A stretch of DNA of 64,000 nt from an uncultured delta proteobacterium (GTDB lineage Bacteria; Desulfobacterota; Binatia; Binatales; Binataceae): the NCBI GenBank assembly GCA_963842085.1, contig CAWJET010000001.1, positions 992,001 through 1,056,000 on the forward strand, read 5' to 3'. The notes under the pieces were generated by a model, which saw only the letters and a list, made by a program, of their open reading frames with translations, did no database searches and was not told where the DNA came from. The position numbers were made by a program, and so were the translations under genes. Below, one piece after another: positions 1-12,641 of this stretch (position 1 is its first letter; each line of letters begins with the position of its first letter).

Positions 1-1
1 C

Positions 2-148
2 AATCAGCTGGCAGTCAAGGTCCACGAAGTGCCGGTCGAGATCGAAGAGGAAATCGCCGCCGTCAAGCTGGCCGCAATGAGCATCAAGATCGACACCCTG
101 ACCGCCGAGCAGCGCAAGTACCTCGCGAGCTGGGAATCCGGCACTTAG
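2..148 (+). CDS. ahcY: Adenosylhomocysteinase, 3' end (partial)
   Basis: Own translation: ...VHEVPVEIEEEIAAVKLAAMSIKIDTLTAEQRKYLASWESGT*, the typical AhcY C-terminus. Confidence 0.85.
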   Translation, partial: NQLAVKVHEVPVEIEEEIAAVKLAAMSIKIDTLTAEQRKYLASWESGT

Positions 149-170
149 CGGGCGGTCATCCAGCACCGCG

Positions 171-950
171 ATGAAGCCGGAGCGAATCGACCTCGAACAG
201 GCCCGGCGCGCCAGCGGACTCCGAATCGTCACGCTTGCGTACGTACCCAGCCCGTGGGGAGAAGCGCTCAAGGGCATCCTGTATATCAAGCAACTCCCGC
301 ACGCGCGGGTCGGCCATGTCTTCGGCTCGCCGACTCAGACCCTTCAGGAATGGACCGCGCAAGACAGCTTTCCCGTCATGGCATGGAACGACGAGCGTCC
401 GCGCACCACCTGGATCGAACAACTCTATCTCGCCGAGCGGCTGGCTCCGACCCCGTGCCTCATCCCGGAGCGCCTCGAGGACCGGATCCTGATGTTTGGC
501 TACAGCAACGAGATTTGCGGTGAGAACGGCATCGGATGGACCGAGCGCCTGCGCGGCGTGCATGAGCAAGTCACGAAACCCGGCGGCGATCCGGCCGGCG
601 TCTCGGCATACCTGGGCAAGAAGTACGGCTACACTCCGGAAATCGGGAAACGCGCGACGGAGCGAGTCGTGTCCGGTCTGATCGCGCTCGCGGCGCGTCT
701 GGAACACCAAAAAACTCGCGGCAGCCGATTCTTTGTCGGCGACTCTATCTCGGCGCTCGACGTCTACTGGGCCGCTTTCTCGAATGCGATGAAACCGCTC
801 GCGCCCGAGCTATGCCCAATGCCGGAGATGATTCGCGAGATGTTCACGACGACCGAGCCGAGCATCGTTGCCGCGACCAAACCGATACTAATCGAGCATC
901 GCGATTTCATCTTCAAGAACTACCTCGAACTGCCGGTAGATCTGTCGTGA
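171..950 (+). CDS. Glutathione S-transferase-like protein
   Basis: N-terminal SPWGE motif; C-terminal FFVGDSISALDVY resembles the GST C-domain signature. Confidence 0.65.
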   Translation: MKPERIDLEQARRASGLRIVTLAYVPSPWGEALKGILYIKQLPHARVGHVFGSPTQTLQEWTAQDSFPVMAWNDERPRTTWIEQLYLAERLAPTPCLIPERLEDRILMFGYSNEICGENGIGWTERLRGVHEQVTKPGGDPAGVSAYLGKKYGYTPEIGKRATERVVSGLIALAARLEHQKTRGSRFFVGDSISALDVYWAAFSNAMKPLAPELCPMPEMIREMFTTTEPSIVAATKPILIEHRDFIFKNYLELPVDLS

Positions 951-1010
951 CGCGACGAACTGCCGCGCCTTGAGGTCTGCATCAGGCGGCGACTGATCCG
1001 TAATCCGCCG

Positions 1011-1715
1011 CTACTCGTCGATTTTGACGCGCGACCAGCGGCGGTAGATCTCGCCGCATCCGACCGACGTGCCGATCAACAAGAGCGCAAGGAAGAACTT
1101 TGGCGACAGCGGATGCCAGAGCGCGTCGCCCAAAAAGGCGAACAGAATCGTGCCCGGAATCATGCCGATCATCGTCGCCCAGAAATAATCGTTAAAGGTA
1201 ATCGGAGAGGCGCCCGCCAGCAGGTTCAGCGCGTTGTACGGAATCACCGGGACCATCCGCAGGTAGAGGATTATCTGGAAGCCGTGTTTCGCGATTCGGT
1301 GCAGCATCGCATGGAATCGCTCGCCGACGATCCGCTCGACGAACGACTTGCCGAGAAATCTTCCCGCCGCAAATGCAACCATCGCGCCGACATCGCCGCC
1401 GATGAGCGAGTACACCGAGCCCCATTTGGTGCCGAATGCCAGACCGCCCGCAATCGTCATCACCGCGCCGGGCACTAGGAACGACGGACCCACGGCGTAC
1501 AGCAGCATATAGACGACGGGTCCCCACGCGCCCCACTGAATCACCTGGGCTTTGACCGTCGCGGGATCGGAGAACCAATTCCAATGCTCAATCAGAAGCC
1601 AGATTGAGCCGCCAACCAGGATCGCGATGATCGCGATCTTCACGACGTTCATCAGCCGCGAGCCGTTGGTGCCGGGCTTTCCTGCTTGAGTTCCGATTGG
1701 ATTCACGGCGGCCAT
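1011..1715 (-). CDS. TVP38/TMEM64 (DedA/VTT) membrane protein
   Basis: PGAVMTIAGGLAFG and LRMVPVIPYNALNLLAG motifs; start placed at ATG 1715 (ORF is open to 1754). Confidence 0.85.
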   Translation of the reverse strand: MAAVNPIGTQAGKPGTNGSRLMNVVKIAIIAILVGGSIWLLIEHWNWFSDPATVKAQVIQWGAWGPVVYMLLYAVGPSFLVPGAVMTIAGGLAFGTKWGSVYSLIGGDVGAMVAFAAGRFLGKSFVERIVGERFHAMLHRIAKHGFQIILYLRMVPVIPYNALNLLAGASPITFNDYFWATMIGMIPGTILFAFLGDALWHPLSPKFFLALLLIGTSVGCGEIYRRWSRVKIDE

Positions 1716-1842
1716 GAGCCCCCAATGATATTGGGCGTCGGCGGACTGAGACAAGGCTTCGCGGCGCGTTGTCGGCGCGTCGCGTTGCTATTAAAGTCGG
1801 CGCAGTGCTCAACCTCGCGAAATCTCCAAGGAAACCATCTCC

Positions 1843-2625
1843 ATGAACGAACTCTCGGATAAAGTCGCAATCATCACCGGCGGCGGCTACGGCATCGGCA
1901 AACAGATCGCGCTGAAGTATGGCGCGGCCGGCGCGAAGATTGTCATCGCGGCGCGTTCGCTCGAACCGATGAAGCAGACCTGCGCCGAGCTCGAGCGCGC
2001 CGGCGCCCAGGCGATTTACGTGAGCACCGACGTCAGCAAGGAAGCCGACTGCGCCAAGATGGCCGCCGAGACGGTCAAGGCATTCGGCCGCATCGACATC
2101 CTCGTCAACAACGCCGGCATCTCGGGACCGACCAAGCGGATCACCGACATGTCGCTCGCCGAATGGCAGGAGACGCTCGACATCGACCTGACCGGGACGT
2201 GGCTGGCGACTCGCGCCGTGCTGCCGGCGATGGACAAGCAGCGCTCCGGCAACATCATCAACATCTCATCGGGCGCGGGTCGGCGCGGCTATCCGATGCG
2301 CTCGCCGTACGCGGCGGCGAAATGGGCAATGATCGGGCTCACGCAAACGATAGCCGGCGAATGGGGCCAGCGCGGGATCCGATGCAACTGCATTTGCCCG
2401 GGCGCGATCGAGGGCGAACGAATCGAGCGCGTGATGCGCGCGCGCGCCGACGCGCTGAAGCAGCCGTACGAACAGATTCGCGGCCAGTTCCTGTCGCAGG
2501 CCGCGATGAACAGAATGGCGACGGAGGAGGAGGTCGCGCGCGTGGCGCTGTTCCTGGCGCTCGACGCGTCGGCCGGAGTCACCGGTCAGACGATGAACGT
2601 CGATTGCGGCAGCATCATGAACTAA
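1843..2625 (+). CDS. Short-chain dehydrogenase/reductase
   Basis: TGGGYGIG, NNAG and YAAAK motifs. Confidence 0.93.
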   Translation: MNELSDKVAIITGGGYGIGKQIALKYGAAGAKIVIAARSLEPMKQTCAELERAGAQAIYVSTDVSKEADCAKMAAETVKAFGRIDILVNNAGISGPTKRITDMSLAEWQETLDIDLTGTWLATRAVLPAMDKQRSGNIINISSGAGRRGYPMRSPYAAAKWAMIGLTQTIAGEWGQRGIRCNCICPGAIEGERIERVMRARADALKQPYEQIRGQFLSQAAMNRMATEEEVARVALFLALDASAGVTGQTMNVDCGSIMN

Positions 2626-2672
2626 CGGCGGCTTCTGTGCGGAGACAGAGTCCCGAACCGCGCGCGCAACGA

Positions 2673-3404
2673 TTGCCGCATCACCAAGTTCTGATTGCTG
2701 GCCTGGAGAAACATCGGCGGAACCGCGCGCACTCCCAGACGAACGACAGCTACCTGAGCAGCGGACATCACTATTACGACGTCTCGATTCCGACCCTCAG
2801 GATGCTCGCGAAAGTGTGGCTCAAGGAAAACGGCGGCATCCCGGACGCAGAGTTCCTGGTGGTTCTCGATGGTCTCTATAGCGGGAAATCATACGAGGAG
2901 AAGGTGCTCGCGAGCATCCTGCTCTCCTATCATCGAACTCTTCCTCGAACGATCGGGCCAAAGCTTCTCGATGGCTGGCTCAATCATCTTGTTGGATGGG
3001 CAGAAATCGATTCGCTTTGCGTATGCTTGGCGTCGGATGCGAGACGCAATTTCACGGAGGACGAGATCCTCGCAGGCTGGACCGAATGGGCGCGATTCAT
3101 ACGAACACTCTCGCGCGACAAGAACATCAACAAGCGCCGCGCGGCCTTGGTCTTCTTGACCGTCCCGCTCCGCTATTCGGAGGATAAAAGACTGGCTGCG
3201 CTTGGGTTCGAAGTGATCGAAAAGCTGAAGCCTGAGCGACAGATCATGATTACCAAGGCAGTATCCTGGCTACTGCGCAGTATGGTGCGGCACCACAAGC
3301 GCGCGGTCGCCGCTTACGTCCGGGAAAACAGGCAGTCGCTTCCGGCAGTTGCGGTGCGCGAAACTACCCGCAAGATCACGACGGGACGGAAAGTAAGCAA
3401 CTAA
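2673..3404 (+). CDS. DNA alkylation repair protein (AlkD-like)
   Basis: 3' part of ORF 2163..3404 has WAEIDSL, NKRRAA, KAVSWLLR and AVRE motifs; the 5' part overlaps the SDR; start uncertain. Confidence 0.7.
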   Translation: MPHHQVLIAGLEKHRRNRAHSQTNDSYLSSGHHYYDVSIPTLRMLAKVWLKENGGIPDAEFLVVLDGLYSGKSYEEKVLASILLSYHRTLPRTIGPKLLDGWLNHLVGWAEIDSLCVCLASDARRNFTEDEILAGWTEWARFIRTLSRDKNINKRRAALVFLTVPLRYSEDKRLAALGFEVIEKLKPERQIMITKAVSWLLRSMVRHHKRAVAAYVRENRQSLPAVAVRETTRKITTGRKVSN

Positions 3405-3420
3405 CAAAGCGAGGAATGAA

Positions 3421-4296
3421 CTAGCGCGCGATGTCGTTGTCGCGCACGCTGCTGACGAAACCGCCGCTCTCGAGGCGTTTCATTAGCTCGCGCGCGAGCA
3501 CGGGTGAGCGATGGCGTCCGCCGGTGCATCCGAGGCCGACCGTCAGGTAACTCTTGCCCTCGCGCTGATAGAGCGGAATCAGAAAATCGAAAAGGCGGCC
3601 GACCTCGTCGATAAAGCGCTGCGACTCCGGCTGCGCCATCACGTGCTCGCGCACGCGCGGGTCATTCCCGGTGAGCGGCCGCAGCTCGGGGACGAAAAAG
3701 GGATTCGGGATAAACCGTACGTCGAGCACGACGTCCATCCCGACCGGCAAGCCGTACTTGTAGCCGAACGAGACGATCGACACCGCCATCCGCGAGCCGG
3801 CGCCCGCGCCCAGCACGGCCGCTGTAACAACCTCGCGCAATTCGTGGACTGTGAGCGTGGTTGTGTCGATCACCCGATTGGCCCGCTCGCGCATCTCGGC
3901 CAGCGCGAGGCGTTCGGCCCGAATGCTCTCGGCGACGGTCGCTCCGCTGGCCGCCATCGGATGCGGCCGGCGGCTCTCAGAATAACGGCGGGCGAGCACG
4001 TCGTCGGACGCGTCGAGAAAGATTACTTCTGGATGGATTCCGGCCGCATCGAGTTCCGCGAATATGCGCGGCCATTGCGGGAAGAACAGCCGCTCGCGCG
4101 GATCCACTCCGAGCGCGACGCCCTTCAGCGCGGGGTCGCGTCCGGCAGCGAGCATCGCGACATTGGGCGCCAGCGCCACCGGCAGATTATCGACGCAGTA
4201 AAAGCCCAAATCCTCGAGCACGCGCATCGCAGACGCGCGTCCCGAACCTGAGACGCCGGTGACTATTATCAGGCGGGGTGGCTGAGGCGAGCTCAT
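3421..4296 (-). CDS. rapZ: RNase adapter RapZ
   Basis: GVSGSGR, VDNLP, RRPHP, SFGYKYG and GCTGGRHRS motifs. Confidence 0.95.
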   Translation of the reverse strand: MSSPQPPRLIIVTGVSGSGRASAMRVLEDLGFYCVDNLPVALAPNVAMLAAGRDPALKGVALGVDPRERLFFPQWPRIFAELDAAGIHPEVIFLDASDDVLARRYSESRRPHPMAASGATVAESIRAERLALAEMRERANRVIDTTTLTVHELREVVTAAVLGAGAGSRMAVSIVSFGYKYGLPVGMDVVLDVRFIPNPFFVPELRPLTGNDPRVREHVMAQPESQRFIDEVGRLFDFLIPLYQREGKSYLTVGLGCTGGRHRSPVLARELMKRLESGGFVSSVRDNDIAR

Positions 4297-4344
4297 CGGG
4301 CTCTGGCTCCGTGCCGCGGGGCGAAGCGGACGCGATTGGCGGTC

Positions 4345-4806
4345 TCAGTACTTGTTGTCTTCTTCCTTGATCAGGGAATAAAGCTCGGCGCTGTCTTTGG
4401 CCTCGAGCAGGCGGCTGCGAAAGGACCCGTCCTTGAGCAAGCGCGAGACGCGCGCGAGCGCTTTCAGATGCAGGCTGGCGGAATCCTCCGGCGCGACCAG
4501 CACGAAGAACAACTGCGAGGGGCCGCCGTCGAGCGAATCGAAATCGACGCCCTGCGCATGGCGGCCGAACGCGCCGATTATCTTGGTCACGCCGCGGAGC
4601 TTGCCGTGCGGAATCGCGATTCCGTCGCCAATCGCCGTCGAGCCGAGCCGCTCGCGTTCCGCGAGCACCGCCGCAAGATCGCTGAGCTTGATTTCCGTGT
4701 ACTTGGCCGCCAGCGCTTTCGCGAGTTCATTGAGGACGTCGGGCTTGGTCGCGCCCTTCAAGTCGGCAATGACCATGTCAGCGCTGAGGATGTCGGTAAT
4801 TTTCAT
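4345..4806 (-). CDS. ptsN: PTS EIIA (nitrogen-type)
   Basis: RERLGSTAIGDGIAIPHG motif; position in the rpoN operon. Confidence 0.9.
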   Translation of the reverse strand: MKITDILSADMVIADLKGATKPDVLNELAKALAAKYTEIKLSDLAAVLAERERLGSTAIGDGIAIPHGKLRGVTKIIGAFGRHAQGVDFDSLDGGPSQLFFVLVAPEDSASLHLKALARVSRLLKDGSFRSRLLEAKDSAELYSLIKEEDNKY

Positions 4807-4881
4807 CTCATCGTCCAGGTCCGGTCAAAATCCAAATACGCGAACGGATTGGCTGCCTCGCAGCGGGCAAACCGCCGCGAA

Positions 4882-5307
4882 TCAAATTTCCTCGCTGGCG
4901 CTCAAGACCTCGCCGGTCGAGGGCGATCTGACTTTCTTCGCCTTGAATTTCCCCAGATGTTTCTTCAGTTGGCGTCCGACCTTGTCCGTGAGCAGGTCGA
5001 TCACCGAGTAAAGATCCTTGGTTTCCTCTTGCGCACTCACCGACAAACGCCCTGATTTGACAGTAACTTCGCCGTGCTGCCGATATTTGTCAACCGTGAG
5101 AATCAGGTGCGCCTGACAATTGCGGTTGATCAACTTGCCAACGTGCGCGAATTTTCGTTCCGCGTACAGCCGGATCGCGTCGGTCGGCTCGACGTGTCGA
5201 AACGTCACGGTGACTTCAGTCGCCGGAGCGTCGGCGAGCCGCTCCGCGCGGCGCACTTTGCGGGCTGATGCACGGCCGCGCTTTCCCTGCCCGTGGTTTT
5301 TGTTCAT
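4882..5307 (-). CDS. hpf: Ribosome hibernation factor HPF/RaiA with Arg-rich N-terminal extension
   Basis: VTFRHVEPTDAIRLYA and DLYSVIDLLTDKVGRQLKK motifs; downstream of rpoN. Confidence 0.88.
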   Translation of the reverse strand: MNKNHGQGKRGRASARKVRRAERLADAPATEVTVTFRHVEPTDAIRLYAERKFAHVGKLINRNCQAHLILTVDKYRQHGEVTVKSGRLSVSAQEETKDLYSVIDLLTDKVGRQLKKHLGKFKAKKVRSPSTGEVLSASEEI

Positions 5308-5331
5308 CCTGCTTCGCCTGTACCCCCAGCT

Positions 5332-6897
5332 TCATCCGATCTGTTTGCGGTTTGCCGACGGGGGAATTCCCATCGCTTGACGATACTTGGCCACCGTGCG
5401 CCGGGCGATATTGATCTGCTTGGCGCGCAGCATCTCCGCGATTGCCTGATCCGAGAGCGGATTCTGCGGAGTCTCCGCCGTCACCATCCCGCGGATCTGT
5501 TCCTTGACCGTCTCGGCGCTCACGTCCTCGCCGCCGGCGCCCTTGACTCCCGAGGTGAAGAAGAACTTCAACTCGTAGATTCCCTGCGGCGTGTGCGCGT
5601 ACTTGTTGGCGGTCGCGCGGCTGATGGTGGATTCGTGCATCCCGATATCTTCGGCGACGTCCTTGAGCACCAGCGGTTTCAGCAGGCTGATGCCGTGATC
5701 GAAGAACGCGCGCTGGAATTTCACGATCGAGGTCGCAACCTTGAAGATCGTTTGCTGGCGCTGGTAGATCGATTTCACCAGCCAGCGAGCCGAGCGCAGC
5801 CGCTCCTGCAGGTACTCCTTGGTCTCGGGCGCAACGTCCACGTCTGTCAGCACGCGCTGGTAGTAACCCGCCAGGCGCAGGCGCGGGACTGCGTCGCGAT
5901 TGAGCGTGACGACGTAGTCCTCTCCAACCTTGTGGATATAAACGTCCGGCACGACGTAGGTCGGCTCGTCGCCGCCGTAGTCGCGTCCGGGCTTGGGCTC
6001 GAGCAGCGAAATTACTTTGGCCGCCTGCCCTACAGTCTCGACCGGCACGCTGAGAACCTTGGCAATCTCGGCGTAGCGATGCTTTTCGAGCAAGTCCAGA
6101 TGACCGCTGACGATTCGCGCCGCCAGCGATTCTTCCATCCCGAGGGTCTGCAGCTGCGCGAGCAGGCATTCACGTAGATCGCGTGCGGCGACGCCCGGCG
6201 GATCGAAACGCTGCACGCGCGCGAGCACGCGCTCGACTTCGGCGGGCGCAATTTCAAGCTGCGCCGCCAGCTCATCGACCGGAGTTTCGAGGTATCCGTC
6301 TTCATTGAGATTGTAGATGATAGTCGCGCCGATCTGCTGGTCCGATTCGGTCAGGTTCGAAAGCCTGAGCTGCCACATCATGTGGTCTTCGAGCGAACTT
6401 CGGCGCAGCGGCGTGTTTTCAAGCGCGCTGCGATGGTCGTCGTCGGAATCCGCCGGCGCGCTTTCCTGCCAGTTGTTCGAGTAGGTCTCGAGGTACTCGC
6501 GCCAGTCGAGCTTTTCGAGATTGTTCAGTTCCTTGATTTCGAGCGCGGCGTCACGCGCCTCGGTCTCGACGCTGGGCGCGGGTTTTTCCTCGCGCGACCC
6601 GGTTTCCCAGTCGTCATCGGAATTCGCGCTGGCGGCGCCATCGGCCTCGGGCGGCAGCGGCTCGCCGTCGGCCTGGGCGGCGGCTTCAGGCTCCGACATC
6701 TCGGATTCGGACGCGGCTTCGGCGGGACTTTGATCGAGCGGCTCGAGCATTGGATTCTGCTCGAGTTCGGACTGCACAATCGCCTCCAGTTCGGGCAGCG
6801 AAAGCTGCAGGATTTTGATCGCCTGCTGCAACTGCGGCGTCATCACCAGTTGCTGGCGAAGCCGCAGGTCCTGTCCGAGTTTTACTTCAAGCGCCAT
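5332..6897 (-). CDS. rpoN: RNA polymerase sigma-54 factor
   Basis: QQLVMTPQLQQAIKILQL, HESTISR and RpoN box ARRTVAKYR; start ATG 6897 (MALEVKL). Confidence 0.97.
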   Translation of the reverse strand: MALEVKLGQDLRLRQQLVMTPQLQQAIKILQLSLPELEAIVQSELEQNPMLEPLDQSPAEAASESEMSEPEAAAQADGEPLPPEADGAASANSDDDWETGSREEKPAPSVETEARDAALEIKELNNLEKLDWREYLETYSNNWQESAPADSDDDHRSALENTPLRRSSLEDHMMWQLRLSNLTESDQQIGATIIYNLNEDGYLETPVDELAAQLEIAPAEVERVLARVQRFDPPGVAARDLRECLLAQLQTLGMEESLAARIVSGHLDLLEKHRYAEIAKVLSVPVETVGQAAKVISLLEPKPGRDYGGDEPTYVVPDVYIHKVGEDYVVTLNRDAVPRLRLAGYYQRVLTDVDVAPETKEYLQERLRSARWLVKSIYQRQQTIFKVATSIVKFQRAFFDHGISLLKPLVLKDVAEDIGMHESTISRATANKYAHTPQGIYELKFFFTSGVKGAGGEDVSAETVKEQIRGMVTAETPQNPLSDQAIAEMLRAKQINIARRTVAKYRQAMGIPPSANRKQIG

Positions 6898-6911
6898 CGA
6901 AGAATTGTTGG

Positions 6912-8345
6912 CTAATCCGTCGCAGCGGCCGGCGCCGCACTCGCACCTGGCGATGCGTCCGAATGAGGGAAGAGCACGGCATGAGCGCAATCGACGACAC
7001 TCTGGTTGGTATTCAGATAGACCGTGATCTTGCAGCCGGTAATCTGATCGTTGCCGTCGTGCGCGACTGGGCTGCCGGTCAAGACTACCGTGCGCTTGGT
7101 CTGGTCCATGACGCCGTGCTGGCCAGTAGCCCATCGCGTGCCCTGGCTGAGCCGGACGTTCCCGTCCGCGACCATGTCCTTCATCTGCTTGAAGTCTTTG
7201 TCGAAGTAGTTCACGCGCAACTGGTCGCTGGTAAGTTGCGCGCCCGCCTGGGTAGCGTGCACATTTCCGGTCCACAGCACCGAATGATTCTGGTAGTCGA
7301 GCGACATCGATTTGGACTGAATGTAGATGGGGGCCTTGCTGTTGCCGAATTGCATCCCGGCAAACGCACCGCCTTGTTGCGGCGGATTTGATGCGAGCTT
7401 GGTCTCGCCGCCGCCGCCACCCTTAGACGCTTTGTGCGACGCTACCGCCGCCGCGGGCGCCGAAGCGCTCGCCGGCGGCGCTTCGGGCGCGGGCGCGCTG
7501 ACTGCAGAGGCGGGCGCTTCGGGCGCGACCTCTGCCGGCACCGGCGCGAGTATCATCGGCGGTGCGATCGCGCCGGGCGGAACGGTCGCCGCCGTCGTTA
7601 CCGGTGTTGAATCCGGGACAGGCGCTGCAGGAGCGGCCGCAGTGGTCGTAGCGATCGAAGGCGCCGCGGCGGGCGCGACGTCCGCCGCAGTTACTGGCAC
7701 GTCGGGAGCCGGCGGCGGCGCGGGAGCCGGCGCGGCTGCGACGGCCGGCGCAGGTGCGCTCGCGACAGGGGGCACCGACGGCGGCGCTGGCGCAGGTTCG
7801 CTGGCGACAGCAGGCGCCGACGGCAGCGGTTCGATCGGCGCGACCGCCGTCGATGGCGCCGCGGCAGGCGCCACGTCGGCCGCGGTCACCGGCACGTCGG
7901 GAGCGGTGGCCGGTGCCGGAGCAGGAGCCGTCGCGATGGCGGGCGCTGAAGGCGGCGCCGGAGCAGGTGCCGCTGCTTCGGCAGGAGCCGAAGGAGGCGC
8001 CTCTACCGGGGCAGTCGCGACGGCCGGTTGCGCCTGCGAGGTGTCCGACGCGGGTGCTGAAGGCGGCGCGCCCGGCACTCCGCCGGTCACGCTGATCGAA
8101 TCGCTGCTCAAATCGCCGCTGTCAGCCGCAGGCGGAGCGGACGCGGCCGGCGGTGCCGAATTCGCGGGCTCGTTGCGAATCGAATTACCGACCGTCCCCG
8201 AACCAGGCACTGCCGCTGCCGAATCCGGCGACGACATCGGAGTGTTGACGCCATCCTGTGCCCATGCGGGTGACGCGAGCGCGAGCGCGACTATCGCCGC
8301 CGCGACAATCCGCGACGCCCGGCTAACTTTGCTTGGGTTTTTCAC
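6912..8345 (-). CDS. lptA: LptA/OstA-domain LPS transport protein with very long Ala/Pro-rich N-terminal region
   Basis: Signal peptide (SPAWA/Q); C-terminal WTGNVHATQ..LTSDQL..ADGNVRLSQ..LTGSP..ITGCKITV pattern; follows lptC. Confidence 0.85.
   Translation of the reverse strand: MKNPSKVSRASRIVAAAIVALALASPAWAQDGVNTPMSSPDSAAAVPGSGTVGNSIRNEPANSAPPAASAPPAADSGDLSSDSISVTGGVPGAPPSAPASDTSQAQPAVATAPVEAPPSAPAEAAAPAPAPPSAPAIATAPAPAPATAPDVPVTAADVAPAAAPSTAVAPIEPLPSAPAVASEPAPAPPSVPPVASAPAPAVAAAPAPAPPPAPDVPVTAADVAPAAAPSIATTTAAAPAAPVPDSTPVTTAATVPPGAIAPPMILAPVPAEVAPEAPASAVSAPAPEAPPASASAPAAAVASHKASKGGGGGETKLASNPPQQGGAFAGMQFGNSKAPIYIQSKSMSLDYQNHSVLWTGNVHATQAGAQLTSDQLRVNYFDKDFKQMKDMVADGNVRLSQGTRWATGQHGVMDQTKRTVVLTGSPVAHDGNDQITGCKITVYLNTNQSVVDCAHAVLFPHSDASPGASAAPAAATD
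7656..7904 (-). repeat. Duplicated 18-codon unit (APDVPVTAADVAPAAAPS) in the lptA linker
   Basis: Same peptide at about 7851-7904 and 7656-7709 with synonymous DNA differences. Confidence 0.85.
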
Positions 8346-8925
8346 TCTCTTTCTTCGGCGTGACTACCGTCTCTACCTGCGTGAGAAGCTGGAAGACTCG
8401 CGTCTTGGGATGACCGGTCAATCCGACTCCGGTCACTTTCAGTCCATCGCCGACGACGGTGACCAGGCCCGGCGCTTCGACTTTGTCGTCATCGGGCATG
8501 AAGGTCGCCGAGTCGGTGGTGAGGACGTAATCGCCGAAGTGGATGATCGTGCCTCCAGTCAAATACGCGCGCGTCACGTGGTTTCCGTTCAAGGTCAAAT
8601 CCGCATGCGGTGCGTTGACGGTCACGGGCTTGCCGTCCGACGAGACCATCGTAACGACCGCCTCGGTCAGCTTCAGCGTGGTTTTGTCCGCCGAGTAGTC
8701 AGCCTCGCGCGCGGTCAGCACCCACTGCCGCTCGCCAGCCTTCATTTGCGTCCAATGAAAGTTATGCGCACGAAGGAGCGTTCCGGGGACCAGCCCGGCT
8801 GCGGTCTGCAACACTTGGGTGGCCGAGCGATGGCGCACGATCCAAACGGTCGCGACCAGCAGGACAACCAACGCGACCGCGCCGAAGCCGGCCAGCGCCT
8901 TAGCGATTCGCCTGGGACTCAACAT
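8323..8925 (-). CDS. lptC: LPS export periplasmic protein LptC
   Basis: N-terminal TM anchor, WVLTAREA and VTGVGL motifs; lies between kdsA and lptA. Confidence 0.82.
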   Translation of the reverse strand: MLSPRRIAKALAGFGAVALVVLLVATVWIVRHRSATQVLQTAAGLVPGTLLRAHNFHWTQMKAGERQWVLTAREADYSADKTTLKLTEAVVTMVSSDGKPVTVNAPHADLTLNGNHVTRAYLTGGTIIHFGDYVLTTDSATFMPDDDKVEAPGLVTVVGDGLKVTGVGLTGHPKTRVFQLLTQVETVVTPKKESEKPKQS

Positions 8926-9070
8926 CTTCGATCAATGACGGTATCAAGTGCTTTTTTTCAAGTAAACCGAGCGGCGCTTCGGCATCATACTTGCAATCCG
9001 CGGCGAACTTGCACTCACTATTTCGCAAACGGCGGGGCGCGGAACCTCGCGCAAACGCGCCTGGCTCAGG

Positions 9071-12310
<3,240 letters not shown>

Positions 12311-12641
12311 CGAGACATCGGCCAGAAACTTTCTCCGCTGTTCGAGGTTGTCGATCCGAGGGGCACATACATTGGTAACCGACCGCCGCAACCCTTGTCA
12401 ATTTCGCGCGGGACGATTGTCAACATTTCGCGGATCGCCGCGGGTTTTCTCACGTGACAAAGAAACGGGTGACCGTTAACGGCCACCCATCGAAAAACAT
12501 CACGATGACGCGCGCGAAACTACTTGCCGCGGATTCTTGTGCGGCGCATCTTGCGCAGGCGGGACTTTGCCTGATGCGGATCGCTCTTCTTCTTGCGCGC
12601 TAGTTTGCGATTGCGCCGGTTTCGCTGCTTCGAGGCTACCT

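Noticed and set aside
2163-2672. Long N-terminal extension of the AlkD-like ORF, and similar extensions on rpoN, nuoJ, cysK, DUF1844 and tsaD
   Set aside because: They overlap real upstream genes or intergenic DNA; stop-poor frames are expected at high GC
8980-8995. Sigma54-like CGGCATCATACTTGCA
   Set aside because: It is on the plus strand, opposite to the operon, with no gene to drive; likely chance
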